A stretch of DNA of 64,000 nt. It comes from Pelagibacteraceae bacterium AG-426-G09. Its GTDB lineage: Bacteria; Pseudomonadota; Alphaproteobacteria; Pelagibacterales; Pelagibacteraceae. Below are positions 19,521 through 29,849 of this stretch, in pieces. Both the position numbers and the translations under genes were made by a program. The notes below the pieces were generated by a model. The model ran no database searches. It was given only the letters and a program-made list of their open reading frames with translations, and was not told the DNA's origin. Location of the stretch: the NCBI GenBank assembly GCA_003210075.1, contig QCNR01000003.1, positions 8,351-72,350 of the forward strand, written 5' to 3'. Within the stretch, counting starts at the first letter, position 1. Each line of letters starts with the position of its first letter.

Positions 19521-20379
19521 ACAAATCAATTATATATATTATTACAGCAACCCAAATTAAAATGAAACCAATAAGCCTGTATGTATCAAATGGCTCATTG
19601 TATAAAAATAATCCTAAAATAAATTGAAAAGTAGGTGTAATAAAAAATAACATTCCAGATGGCCCAAGCCCTGCTAAGTTAACACCTTTAACAAAGAAAA
19701 ATAATGGAATCACAGTCATAGGACCAGCTATAGTTAATAAAAGTGATAATTCTATTGATTTCATTCCAAAATCCAAATTTCCAGTTTCATATACAAGATA
19801 AAAACCTATTAAAGCAAAAGGTAAAATTACAAGGGACTCAATTAAAAGACCTAAATCAACATCAACATTAATTTTTTTTCTGAATACATTGTAAAGTGCC
19901 CAGGAAAATCCTACAGTTAAACCAATCCATGGAATATTATTATAAAAATAAAATAAATATATAATAGAAAAAATAGTTAATACTATTGAAAACACCCTTC
20001 TTTTATTTAATAATTCATTAAAAAATACATAACCAAAAAAAACACTTAAAATAGGCATAATAAAGTAACCAAAACTGGCATCAACAATTTGATTTGTCGA
20101 AACTGCATATATCCAAACCGACCAATTAATAAAAATTAAGATTCCAGTTATAGATAGATAAAGTAAATTTTTTTTTATTTTTATTAATGTCTTTATTTGA
20201 CTCCATTTAGAAAAATAATAAGTTGTAAGTATTAGCATTACAGCAGTCCAAATTACTCTATGCAATACTAATTCAATACTTCCAACAAATGACATAGATC
20301 TGAAATATATTACGCCAATTACACCCCACCAAAACGATCCAATAATTATGTAAAGAATACCTTTGTTAAATGAAGACAT
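19507..20379 (-). CDS. rarD: EamA family transporter RarD
   Basis: HRVIW, NWSVWIYAV, ASFGYFIMP; ten TM helices. Confidence 0.88.
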   Translation of the reverse strand: MSSFNKGILYIIIGSFWWGVIGVIYFRSMSFVGSIELVLHRVIWTAVMLILTTYYFSKWSQIKTLIKIKKNLLYLSITGILIFINWSVWIYAVSTNQIVDASFGYFIMPILSVFFGYVFFNELLNKRRVFSIVLTIFSIIYLFYFYNNIPWIGLTVGFSWALYNVFRKKINVDVDLGLLIESLVILPFALIGFYLVYETGNLDFGMKSIELSLLLTIAGPMTVIPLFFFVKGVNLAGLGPSGMLFFITPTFQFILGLFLYNEPFDTYRLIGFILIWVAVIIYIIDLYEKN

Positions 20380-20457
20380 AAATTTAAATAGGAATGTTTA
20401 TATAGATAGATTTTCTTCTTGCATATTCATTTTTTAACAATAAAAGATTATCAAAAA

Positions 20458-20547
20458 GGAGAGATGGCTGAGTGGTTGAAAGCACCGGTCTTGAAAACCG
20501 GCAAAGGGGCAACTCTTTCCTGGGTTCGAATCCCAGTCTCTCCGCCA
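20458..20547 (+). tRNA. tRNA-Ser(TGA)
   Basis: GGAGAGA acceptor, CCGGT-CT-TGA-AA-ACCGG, long variable arm, CCA. Confidence 0.97.
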
Positions 20548-20808
20548 TTAATGTGGACTAAAATTATAAAAATCTTTATAAATTTTACTTAAATTTTCGT
20601 CTTTAACATTTCTGAAATTTTTATTTAATTTAATCAAATCTTCATCACTTAGATTAACAAATTTTTCCAACTCTAAAAGCTCTTCATTGGTTAAATTATT
20701 AATAATACTCTTAACAAATGAAGATATAAGAACGTCCATTTCTTTAGTCCCTCTGTAAGAGGCTCTATATATAATTCTTTTTTTAATATCATCTTTATTT
20801 ATTTTCAT
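20548..20808 (-). CDS. sdhE: Succinate dehydrogenase assembly factor 2 (FAD assembly factor)
   Basis: YRASYRGTKEMD (RGxxE motif); divergent from recG as in other alphaproteobacteria. Confidence 0.88.
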   Translation of the reverse strand: MKINKDDIKKRIIYRASYRGTKEMDVLISSFVKSIINNLTNEELLELEKFVNLSDEDLIKLNKNFRNVKDENLSKIYKDFYNFSPH

Positions 20809-20829
20809 AATTCTATATTTATTTTATTT

Positions 20830-22869
20830 ATGAATAATTATGAATATCTTTTATCAGATATTTCTATTTTAAAAGGTGTTGGAAAATCTTTAGTTACTAA
20901 ATTTAAACGCAAAAATATAAATACAATCTTTGATTTAATTTTAAGTATACCGTCAAAATATATAGATAGATCAAATGAAACAAAAATTAAGGAACTACAT
21001 ATAGGAAAAATCCAAACGGTAACAATAATGGTTGAAAAATATAATTTTCCTAGAATACGAAATCTACCTAATAAGGTTATATGCTCAGATAATACAGGAA
21101 AATTAGATTGTGTATTTTTTAACTCATACGAAGGATATATTAAAAAAATTCTTCCACTAAATAAAATTGTTACAATAAGTGGTAAGGTAGGTTTTTTTAA
21201 AGGAAGATATCAAATAACTAATCCTACACATATAAGTACTGATAAAAATAAAATAAAAAAAATTCATTCTAATTATAGTCTTACAGAGGGAATATCAGAC
21301 AATATTTTTAATAAGATTATAAATGAAGCTTTAATTAATTTACCAAAATTAGATGAATGGTTGAGCGCTAATATTTTAAACAACTTTGACAATGTTAGCT
21401 GGAATGAAGCAATTATTAACCTACATAATCTAAAGAATAAAGATAATAAGAAAAAATATATTAATAGACTTATTTTTGATGAAATATTATCTACTCTACT
21501 AATAAATTCTAATATAAAAAAGAATTTTAAAAGAAAAATTAAATCTCCTAAAAAATTAAATTTAGATTTGATAAAATATGCTGAAGAAAAGATTGGTTTT
21601 AAATTAACAGAGGATCAAAAAATAGCAATTAAAGAGATTAATAACGACATTTCATCTAATAAACGAATGTTTAGACTTTTGCAGGGGGATGTTGGTAGTG
21701 GAAAGACAATAGTATCTCTGATCATAGCCCAAAATGTTATTTATAATAATTATCAAATAGCTTTTATGTCTCCAACGGAAATTTTATCCAAACAACATTT
21801 TAATTTATACAAAAAAATTTTTGGAGATAGTTTTAAATCAAATTTATTAACTGGAAAAACAGATAATAAAGAAAGAAAAAATATTTTAAAAAAATTGGAG
21901 AAAAAGGAAATTGACATTATTTTTGGAACACATGCGTTGTTTCAAAAAAAAATAAAATTTAAAAATTTAGGACTTATTGTAGTTGATGAACAACATAAGT
22001 TTGGTGTTAATCAAAGAAAAAAATTATCAGAAAAAGGTGATTCAAATTGCGATGTATTAGTAATGTCTGCTACTCCTATACCAAGAACAATGATGATGAC
22101 GCTTTATGGTGACATGGATATAACTTTAATCAAATCAAAACCAACAAATAGAAAAGAAATTAAAACTTATACCAAGGATGTTAATAAAATTAATGATGTA
22201 ATTAATTATATTAAAAAAGAAATTTCAAATGAGAATCAAGTTTTTTGGGTTTGCCCATTGATTGAAGCATCTAAAAAAATTGACCATCAATCATCAATAG
22301 AAAGATATAAATATTTAACTAGTATTTTTAAAAATAAAGTTGGATTAATTCATGGATCTATAAAAAAAGATGACAAAGAAAAAATTTTAAATAATTTTTT
22401 ACATAATAAAATTAATATTCTTGTTTCGACAACTGTTATAGAAGTTGGTATCGATTTTCCAAATGCAACATGTATAGTAATTGAGGATTCCAATAAATTT
22501 GGTTTGTCTCAACTACATCAATTAAGAGGAAGAGTTGGAAGAGGCTTTAAACAATCTACATGTATTCTTTTATTTAAATCGTCATTGAGTGAAAATGCAA
22601 GAAAAAGACTTAAAATTTTAAAGTCATCAAATGATGGTTTTCATATAGCTGAAGAAGATCTAAAACTTAGAGGTTATGGTGATCTTTTGGGTTTCCAACA
22701 AAGTGGTCAAAAAACTTTTAGGTTAGCAGATCCTATTTTAAATGAGGACCTTTTTATATTAGCTGAAAAAGAACTAAAAAAAATTGAAAAAGATAATAAA
22801 CAACTTTCTAAATATAATACATTATTAAAGATTTATGATCGTGCAGATATAATTAATGAATTGATTTAA
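20830..22869 (+). CDS. recG: ATP-dependent DNA helicase RecG
   Basis: RLLQGDVGSGKT, DEQH, MSATPIPRT, QLHQLRGRVGRG. Confidence 0.97.
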   Translation: MNNYEYLLSDISILKGVGKSLVTKFKRKNINTIFDLILSIPSKYIDRSNETKIKELHIGKIQTVTIMVEKYNFPRIRNLPNKVICSDNTGKLDCVFFNSYEGYIKKILPLNKIVTISGKVGFFKGRYQITNPTHISTDKNKIKKIHSNYSLTEGISDNIFNKIINEALINLPKLDEWLSANILNNFDNVSWNEAIINLHNLKNKDNKKKYINRLIFDEILSTLLINSNIKKNFKRKIKSPKKLNLDLIKYAEEKIGFKLTEDQKIAIKEINNDISSNKRMFRLLQGDVGSGKTIVSLIIAQNVIYNNYQIAFMSPTEILSKQHFNLYKKIFGDSFKSNLLTGKTDNKERKNILKKLEKKEIDIIFGTHALFQKKIKFKNLGLIVVDEQHKFGVNQRKKLSEKGDSNCDVLVMSATPIPRTMMMTLYGDMDITLIKSKPTNRKEIKTYTKDVNKINDVINYIKKEISNENQVFWVCPLIEASKKIDHQSSIERYKYLTSIFKNKVGLIHGSIKKDDKEKILNNFLHNKINILVSTTVIEVGIDFPNATCIVIEDSNKFGLSQLHQLRGRVGRGFKQSTCILLFKSSLSENARKRLKILKSSNDGFHIAEEDLKLRGYGDLLGFQQSGQKTFRLADPILNEDLFILAEKELKKIEKDNKQLSKYNTLLKIYDRADIINELI

Positions 22870-23495
22870 TTTTTATTTTTATTTTCACTTGTACCAGCAG
22901 AAACTATAAACCTTGAAGCCTCTTCAAAGGACATGTCTAAATATTTAATTTCGTTTTTAGGAAACATTAAAAGAAATCCGCTTGTGGGATTTGGTGTTGT
23001 TGGAACAAAAACATTAACTAATTCTGAATTAGTTTTTTTTGATATTTCTCCTTCATTATCTTTGGTGGCAAAACCTACTGCCCAAGTTCCTTTTCTAGGA
23101 TATTCTACAAGTACTACGCTTTTTTTTTGTGTTCTACCTTGTGGTGCGAATGTTTCAGTTAATTGTCCTATTGCAGAATATATTGTTCTTAAAATCGGTA
23201 TACGTTTAAGTAGATCATTAAATATTTGTAATATTTTTTTTCCTATAAATGATAAAGATAAACCACCAACAATTGTAATAAATATTATAGTAACAATAAT
23301 TTCAAGTCCTGGAATTTTAAATGGTAAATAATAATTTGGATTTAAATCTTTTGGTAGTAATTTAGAAGATATATCTATTATAAATTTCGTTAAATACAAT
23401 GTTAAACCAATCGGTATCAAAACAACGATACCCGTAATAAAATAATTTCTCAGTCTGGCAATAAACGATATTCTTTTTCTCTTAAAAGTAGACAT
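22866..23495 (-). CDS. DUF502 family membrane protein
   Basis: LRNYFITG, VLVEYPRKG, VFVPTTPNPTSGFL. Confidence 0.9.
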   Translation of the reverse strand: MSTFKRKRISFIARLRNYFITGIVVLIPIGLTLYLTKFIIDISSKLLPKDLNPNYYLPFKIPGLEIIVTIIFITIVGGLSLSFIGKKILQIFNDLLKRIPILRTIYSAIGQLTETFAPQGRTQKKSVVLVEYPRKGTWAVGFATKDNEGEISKKTNSELVNVFVPTTPNPTSGFLLMFPKNEIKYLDMSFEEASRFIVSAGTSENKNKN

Positions 23496-23613
23496 TTTAA
23501 TTATAACTTGAATATATAACAAAAAAAATTGCTATAATAAATAATGCAATTAAAATTTTATTATTAAGGTTCATGGTTGAATTTATATTTATCTATATTA
23601 AAAATATCAATTA

Positions 23614-24432
23614 ATGAATAGAAGAAAATTTATAAACTTAATTGGCTGTGGTTGCTTGTCTTTTGGCCTGCATTCTTGCACCTCAGCACCTATTACTGAA
23701 AGAAAACAGTTAAAATTGATTCCTGAAGCAAAATTGAACGCACAAGCTGCGGCTATATATGAAAAAGTCAAAGAAAAAGAAAAAATGAGCGATGATATTA
23801 AAACATTAAATCAAATAAAAGAAATTGGAAAAAAAATAGAGACTTCTGTAAATACATATTTTAATCGTGAAAATTTAATTAATCCTACTTCAAATTTTCA
23901 ATGGGAGTATATTTTAATTGAAAGTAAAAAAAAAAATGCATGGTGTATGCCGGGTGGTAAAATTGCTGTATACACAGGTATTCTAGATATTACTAAAAAT
24001 ACTCATGGTCTTGCAGCTGTAATGGGTCATGAAATAGCACATGCTGTTGCTAAACATTCTGTTGAAAGAGCTAGTCGTGGGGTACTGGTTCAAACAGGTA
24101 CAAGTTTAATTGATATATTTAGCGGAGGTGCATTAAGTCAAATAAATAAATCTACTGGCATGGATACTGTAGGATTAATTTCTTCAATAGGCATAATGAA
24201 TCCTTTTAACAGAAAACAAGAAAGTGAGGCAGACTATCTTGGGATGATTTTTTCATCATTGTCAGGTTATGATATTAGAGAAACAGAGAAAATTTGGGAA
24301 AGAATGAGTAAAGCCAACAAAGGAAAAGAACCACCTCAATTTATGAGTACACATCCCTCTTCAGTAAATAGAATTAAAAATATTCAAGGATGGCTCAACG
24401 AAATTATTATAAAGTATCCACCAATTATCTAA
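23614..24432 (+). CDS. M48 family zinc metallopeptidase, predicted Tat-exported lipoprotein
   Basis: MNRRKFI twin-arginine motif, LHSC lipobox, NAWCMPGGK, HEIAH, ESEAD, STHP. Confidence 0.92.
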   Translation: MNRRKFINLIGCGCLSFGLHSCTSAPITERKQLKLIPEAKLNAQAAAIYEKVKEKEKMSDDIKTLNQIKEIGKKIETSVNTYFNRENLINPTSNFQWEYILIESKKKNAWCMPGGKIAVYTGILDITKNTHGLAAVMGHEIAHAVAKHSVERASRGVLVQTGTSLIDIFSGGALSQINKSTGMDTVGLISSIGIMNPFNRKQESEADYLGMIFSSLSGYDIRETEKIWERMSKANKGKEPPQFMSTHPSSVNRIKNIQGWLNEIIIKYPPII

Positions 24433-24437
24433 ATTAG

Positions 24438-24513
<76 letters not shown>

Positions 24514-24560
24514 AACGCGAGTTCTTATAATGAATTTTTTTATTTAATCAACGCGAAAAA

Positions 24561-25673
24561 TTATAAAATCTGGATATATTTATTATAGAAATCTTGAAAA
24601 GTGCCATTTTTTATATGTTTTCTTATTTCTGACATTAGTTCTTGATAAAAGTTTATGTTATTTAGCGTTAACAACATTGATCCAAGCATTTCATTTGTAT
24701 TAAAGAGATGATTCAAATAATTTTTAGAATATTTGTTTAAATCAAATTTAGTAACATTTTCATCTAATGGTGAATTATCATTTTTAAACTCAGAGTTTCT
24801 AATATTTATTTTACCCTTCCAGGTAAAAGCCAAACCTGTTCTACCTGATCTAGTAGGTAAAACACAATCAAACATATCAACACCTCTATTTACAGCACCT
24901 AATATATCTGATGGAGTTCCTACACCCATTAAATATCTAGGTTTTGTTTCTGGCATTAATTTTTTTAAACCATCAAGAACTTTAAACATTTCAATTTGCT
25001 TTTCACCAACAGCCAAACCTCCAATTGCGTAACCATCAAAACCAATTTCTTTTAAGGAATTTAGTGATTTTTCTCTTAAATCATCAAACAAACCACCTTG
25101 TACAATACCAAAAAGTGCCTTATGTGGATTTAAACCAAATTGTTTCTTTGATCTATCTGCCCAATACATAGAAAGATCCATGGATTTCTTTATTAAATCA
25201 TAGTTATTTGTTTTTTTTGGACACTCATCCATAACCATTACAATATCGGAATTTAGACCTAATTGTATTTTAATACTTTCCTCAGGACTCAAAATAAATT
25301 TTTTACCATCTATATGGGAATTAAAAATTGCACCAACTTCTCTGTCAATCTTATTTAATTTCGAAAGTGACATTACTTGAAAACCTCCAGAGTCTGTTAA
25401 AATTGGTAAGTGACAATTCATAAATTTATGAAGACCGCCTAGAGATTTGATACGATCAACGCCAGGTCTAATCATCAAATGATAAGTATTTGATAAAATT
25501 ATTTGAGCTCCAGTATTAACAATATCATTTATAAATGTACCTTTAATTGTAGCCTGAGTGCCTACAGGCATAAAGACTGGAGTGTCTATATTACCTCTTT
25601 GAGTTTGTATTTGACCTAGTCTAGCAAAACCATTTTTTTTAATGACATTAAAAGAAAATTTTTTTAATGACAT
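24561..25673 (-). CDS. tgt: Queuine tRNA-ribosyltransferase
   Basis: TPVFMPVGT, NTYHL, TDSGGFQV, YLMGVG, DMFDCVLPTR. Confidence 0.97.
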   Translation of the reverse strand: MSLKKFSFNVIKKNGFARLGQIQTQRGNIDTPVFMPVGTQATIKGTFINDIVNTGAQIILSNTYHLMIRPGVDRIKSLGGLHKFMNCHLPILTDSGGFQVMSLSKLNKIDREVGAIFNSHIDGKKFILSPEESIKIQLGLNSDIVMVMDECPKKTNNYDLIKKSMDLSMYWADRSKKQFGLNPHKALFGIVQGGLFDDLREKSLNSLKEIGFDGYAIGGLAVGEKQIEMFKVLDGLKKLMPETKPRYLMGVGTPSDILGAVNRGVDMFDCVLPTRSGRTGLAFTWKGKINIRNSEFKNDNSPLDENVTKFDLNKYSKNYLNHLFNTNEMLGSMLLTLNNINFYQELMSEIRKHIKNGTFQDFYNKYIQIL

Positions 25674-25684
25674 TAACTAATTGA

Positions 25685-26242
25685 TTATTCAGATCTAAAA
25701 CTTATAATTTTATCTGGATTTGAAACAGATCCATTAGGACCATCACCTCTAGTAATTTTATCGACATTTTCCATTCCTTCAATAACCTTACCAAACACTG
25801 TATATTGTCTATCTAGATGAGGCGCTGGTTCAAAACAAATAAAAAATTGACTATTTGCACTATTTGGATCTGAAGATCTAGCCATAGACAATGTGCCTCT
25901 TTCATGAGGAATGCTATTAAACTCAGCTTTTAAATCTGGTAAATCAGATCCTCCCATTCCAGCTCTTTGCAAATTAAAATTATTATCAGATGAATTTCCA
26001 AATTGAACATCTCCAGTTTGAGCCATAAATCCATCGATTACTCTATGAAAAACTACGTTGTCATACTTTCCTGAATTAGCTAATTCCTTAATTCTAGCAA
26101 CATGATTTGGTGCTTCATTTGGAAAGAGTTCTATTTTAACATCACCATTTTTTAATTTTAAAATCATTATATTCTCCTTTGCATTAATATTTGTAAAATT
26201 TAATAAAATAAAAAAAAATAAAAATCTAACAAAATATTTCAT
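25685..26242 (-). CDS. Cyclophilin-type peptidyl-prolyl isomerase (exported)
   Basis: FHRVIDGFMAQTGD, SMARS, SANSQFFI, YTVFG. Confidence 0.95.
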   Translation of the reverse strand: MKYFVRFLFFFILLNFTNINAKENIMILKLKNGDVKIELFPNEAPNHVARIKELANSGKYDNVVFHRVIDGFMAQTGDVQFGNSSDNNFNLQRAGMGGSDLPDLKAEFNSIPHERGTLSMARSSDPNSANSQFFICFEPAPHLDRQYTVFGKVIEGMENVDKITRGDGPNGSVSNPDKIISFRSE

Positions 26243-26730
26243 ACTTTTTTTTTTATTTCTTTAATAACACTTTTAGTGATAAATTTTTTAAGATTACCAT
26301 TAAAAATTGCTATTTCTTTGACTAATCTTGAAGATATCACTTGATTATCCACATCTGACATCAAGAATATAGTCTCAATTTTCTCATTCAACTTCCTATT
26401 CATTCCTGCTAATTGAAATTCATATTCAAAATCTGAAACAGCGCGTAAACCTCTTAATATAATATTAGACTTAAACTTTTTACAAAGTGTAGTTGTTAAT
26501 GAGGAGAATTTAATTATTTGAATTTTTTTTGGGGATATTTTCATATCTTTATGTAATGAGTTTTTAATTAAATTAATACGCTCATCCGTAGAGAATAAAT
26601 GATTTTTATCTCCACCCTCAGAAACGGCTATAATTAATTTATCAAATAGATTGATACCTTTTTTTATTACATCTATATGTCCAAAAGTTATTGGATCAAA
26701 TGTCCCAGGATAAATTGCAATATTTTTCAT
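26239..26730 (-). CDS. coaD: Pantetheine-phosphate adenylyltransferase
   Basis: YPGTFDPITFGH, RGLRAVSDFEYE. Confidence 0.96.
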   Translation of the reverse strand: MKNIAIYPGTFDPITFGHIDVIKKGINLFDKLIIAVSEGGDKNHLFSTDERINLIKNSLHKDMKISPKKIQIIKFSSLTTTLCKKFKSNIILRGLRAVSDFEYEFQLAGMNRKLNEKIETIFLMSDVDNQVISSRLVKEIAIFNGNLKKFITKSVIKEIKKKV

Positions 26731-26734
26731 TTAT

Positions 26735-29314
26735 TTAAATAAAGTTATCATCTATCTTGATGGCTGACACTACTTTTTCGTTGTTTGAAAGTTTTATTAT
26801 TCTTACACCTTGTGTATTTCTTCCTGCAATTCTTATTTCTTTAACACTGGTCCTTATGACTTTGCCTTTATCTGTAGATATTAATACTTCATCCTCTGCT
26901 GAAACTGGAAAAGAAGAAGTAACGTTTCCATTTCTTTGAGAGGTTACAATATTAATTATTCCCTTTCCACCTCTATTGGTAACTCTATAATCGTGATGGG
27001 GAGATCTTTTTCCAAATCCATTTTCTGTGACTGATAAAATGAATTTATCGGCAGTTTTTTTGTCTCCATTACTTGATTTATTTGAGTGTTTTATATGGTC
27101 AATTATTGATAAAGATACAATTTTATCGCCTTCAGATAAATTTATTCCTCTTATGCCTTTCGAGGATCTTCCTTTAAATACTCTAAGTTTACTAGACTCA
27201 AATCTTATTGATTTACCAGATTTAGTGCTTAAAATAATGTCTTGATCATTTCTACAGATTTGAACTCCAGCAATTTTATCTTCATGATCAAGCTTCATTG
27301 CAATTTTTCCTGCAGCATTTATTGAACTAAAATCTTCAAGATTATTTTTTCTAATTTTGCCATTACTAGTAGCAAAAATTAGATGGTATTCTTTTTTTTC
27401 AGATATATCCTCGGGAAAAGGCATAATGGAACTTATTGTTTGATGATTTTTCCATTGTAACAAATTAGATACAGATTTACCTTTAGAAACAGATGTTCCA
27501 ACAGGTATTTTCCAGGCTTTTAATCTATAAACCAATCCTTCAGAGGAAAAAAATAATACCTGGGTGTGAGTATTAACAGAAAGAGTTTGAACAACAGAAT
27601 CATCTTCTCTAGTTTTAATGCCTGCTTTTCCTTTTCCGCCTCTTTTTTGTTGTTTTACATTGCTTAATGTACCTCTTTTAATATATCCTTGTCTTGTTAC
27701 AGTAATTATAACAGCTTCTTTTTGAATTGTTTCTTCTATGTCATAATTTAATACAGCGTCTGTAATTGTTGTTTTTCTATCTGTTGCATATTTTTCTTTA
27801 ATTTCTTTTAACTCTGAACTCATAACTTTAAATAATTCTTTTTTTGAGCTCAATATTTTTTTATACTGAACTATTGAATCTATTAACTTTTTTAATTCAA
27901 CTTCTATTTCATTAATTCCCAACGCAGTTAATTTTTGTAATCTTAATTCTAAAATTGCAATAACTTGCTCAGCTGTAAATTTATAATTATTTTTAGATTT
28001 CTTTCCTTCAACTAAAGTTATTAATTTTTTTGATTTATTTATAGACCAAGAAGTTGTTGCTAATTTATCTTTTGCATCATCTGGTGTTTTTGAATTACGA
28101 ATAATTTTTATAACTTTATCTAAATTATCTATTGTGACTGAAAGTCCAATTAATATATGCGCTCTATCTTCAGCTTTCTTTAAATCATATTTTGTTGCTT
28201 TTATAATTACTTCTTCTCTAAAATTTATAAAACATTGTAAAAATTTAATTAATCCACATGGCTCTGGTTTTTTATCAACTATGGCTAAAGAATTAAAACC
28301 AAAAGAACTTTCAACTGATGTGAACTTATAAAGTTGTCGTTTGATTGTCTCAGGTTCAACACCTTTTTTTAAATCTATTACAACTCTAATATCTTTAATA
28401 CCTTTAGACTCATCTCTTATATCACTTATGCCTTCAATTTTTTTATCTCTAACTAATTCAGCAATTTTTTCATTTAAAACTGATTTATTTACTTGATATG
28501 GAATTGATGTAATAATTAATCTTTCTTTTCCACCTTTTAATTGCTCTGTAGAAATTTCACCTCTTATTTTAAAAGAACCTCTTCCAGTTTTATATCCTTG
28601 TTTAATAATATCCTTACCAATTATTATTCCACCTGTTGGAAAATCTGGTCCTGGAATTATATCCATTAATTTTGATAATTTAATATCTTTATTTTCAATT
28701 AAAGCTAAAGTTCCATTTATTACTTCTCCTAGATTATGTGGTGGTATACTAGTTGCCATTCCTACAGCAATACCACCAGCGCCATTTACAAGTAAGTTTG
28801 GATATTGAGATGGGAGTACTTCTGGTTCCTTTTCAGTTTCATCGTAATTGCTTTTAAAGTTTACTGTATCTTTATTTATTTCATTTACCAAATGTTGTGA
28901 AATTTTTGAAAGCCTGCTCTCTGTATATCTCATTGCTGCAGGCGGATCACCATCGACAGATCCAAAATTACCTTGACCTTCAACTAATGGAACGCTCATA
29001 GAAAAATCTTGTACCATTCTAACTAAGGCATCATAAACAGCTTGATCTCCATGTGGATGGTATTTACCTATTACGTCACCAACAATTCTTGCAGATTTCC
29101 TAAATTGTTTTGACCAATCAAAACCACCTTTGTGCATAGCATAAATAATTCTTCTATGAACTGGTTTAAGACCATCTCTTATATCTGGCAATGCTCTGCT
29201 AATTATTACGCTCATTGCATAAGATAAGTATGAAGATTTCATTTCTTCATATATTGGTCTAGGTATTGGTTTTTCGTTAAACTTGTTAACTTCTGGTGAT
29301 TGATCTTTTTTCAT
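26735..29314 (-). CDS. gyrA: DNA gyrase subunit A
   Basis: [21 protein letters not shown], GyrA box QKRGGKG. Confidence 0.97.
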   Translation of the reverse strand: MKKDQSPEVNKFNEKPIPRPIYEEMKSSYLSYAMSVIISRALPDIRDGLKPVHRRIIYAMHKGGFDWSKQFRKSARIVGDVIGKYHPHGDQAVYDALVRMVQDFSMSVPLVEGQGNFGSVDGDPPAAMRYTESRLSKISQHLVNEINKDTVNFKSNYDETEKEPEVLPSQYPNLLVNGAGGIAVGMATSIPPHNLGEVINGTLALIENKDIKLSKLMDIIPGPDFPTGGIIIGKDIIKQGYKTGRGSFKIRGEISTEQLKGGKERLIITSIPYQVNKSVLNEKIAELVRDKKIEGISDIRDESKGIKDIRVVIDLKKGVEPETIKRQLYKFTSVESSFGFNSLAIVDKKPEPCGLIKFLQCFINFREEVIIKATKYDLKKAEDRAHILIGLSVTIDNLDKVIKIIRNSKTPDDAKDKLATTSWSINKSKKLITLVEGKKSKNNYKFTAEQVIAILELRLQKLTALGINEIEVELKKLIDSIVQYKKILSSKKELFKVMSSELKEIKEKYATDRKTTITDAVLNYDIEETIQKEAVIITVTRQGYIKRGTLSNVKQQKRGGKGKAGIKTREDDSVVQTLSVNTHTQVLFFSSEGLVYRLKAWKIPVGTSVSKGKSVSNLLQWKNHQTISSIMPFPEDISEKKEYHLIFATSNGKIRKNNLEDFSSINAAGKIAMKLDHEDKIAGVQICRNDQDIILSTKSGKSIRFESSKLRVFKGRSSKGIRGINLSEGDKIVSLSIIDHIKHSNKSSNGDKKTADKFILSVTENGFGKRSPHHDYRVTNRGGKGIINIVTSQRNGNVTSSFPVSAEDEVLISTDKGKVIRTSVKEIRIAGRNTQGVRIIKLSNNEKVVSAIKIDDNFI

Positions 29315-29769
29315 TAAAAAGGAATTTCGTCGTCTAAATCGCTATTGTTTTGCTGATTTGTTTGATCAAAATCGTTACTTTTATTCGAAGGTGAATTTCC
29401 AATATTATTTGAATTAGATCCACCCAACATAGTTAATGTAGAGTTATATCCTTGCAAGACTATTTCGGTTGAATACTTATCTTGACCTGTTTGTTCATCT
29501 TTCCATTTGCGCGTTGTTAACTGTCCTTCAATATAAATTTGAGCACCTTTTTTTAAATACTGTTGAACAACATTCACAAGGCCCTCATTAAATACAACTA
29601 TACGGTGCCATTCAGTTTTTTCTTTTTTCTCTCCTGAATTTTTATCTTTCCAAGATTGACTAGTTGCAAGACTAAGCCTAGCGACACTTTTTCCATTAAC
29701 CATTTGTTTGACCTCTGGATCTGCACCCAGTCTACCGATTAATTGTACTTTATTTAAACTTCCTGCCAT
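29314..29769 (-). CDS. ssb: Single-stranded DNA-binding protein
   Basis: [16 protein letters not shown]-terminal DDEIPF. Confidence 0.98.
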   Translation of the reverse strand: MAGSLNKVQLIGRLGADPEVKQMVNGKSVARLSLATSQSWKDKNSGEKKEKTEWHRIVVFNEGLVNVVQQYLKKGAQIYIEGQLTTRKWKDEQTGQDKYSTEIVLQGYNSTLTMLGGSNSNNIGNSPSNKSNDFDQTNQQNNSDLDDEIPF

Positions 29770-29849
29770 AAATTTAGTATTTTTGAGATGTTTTAATATA
29801 ACACATTTTACCTTGAATATTAATTTTATTAATCTAAAGCAACTAAATA

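Noticed and set aside
29770-29849. LexA box between ssb and uvrA
   Set aside because: No GTTC-N7-GTTC-type repeat found; only a weak TGTT-N7-AACA.
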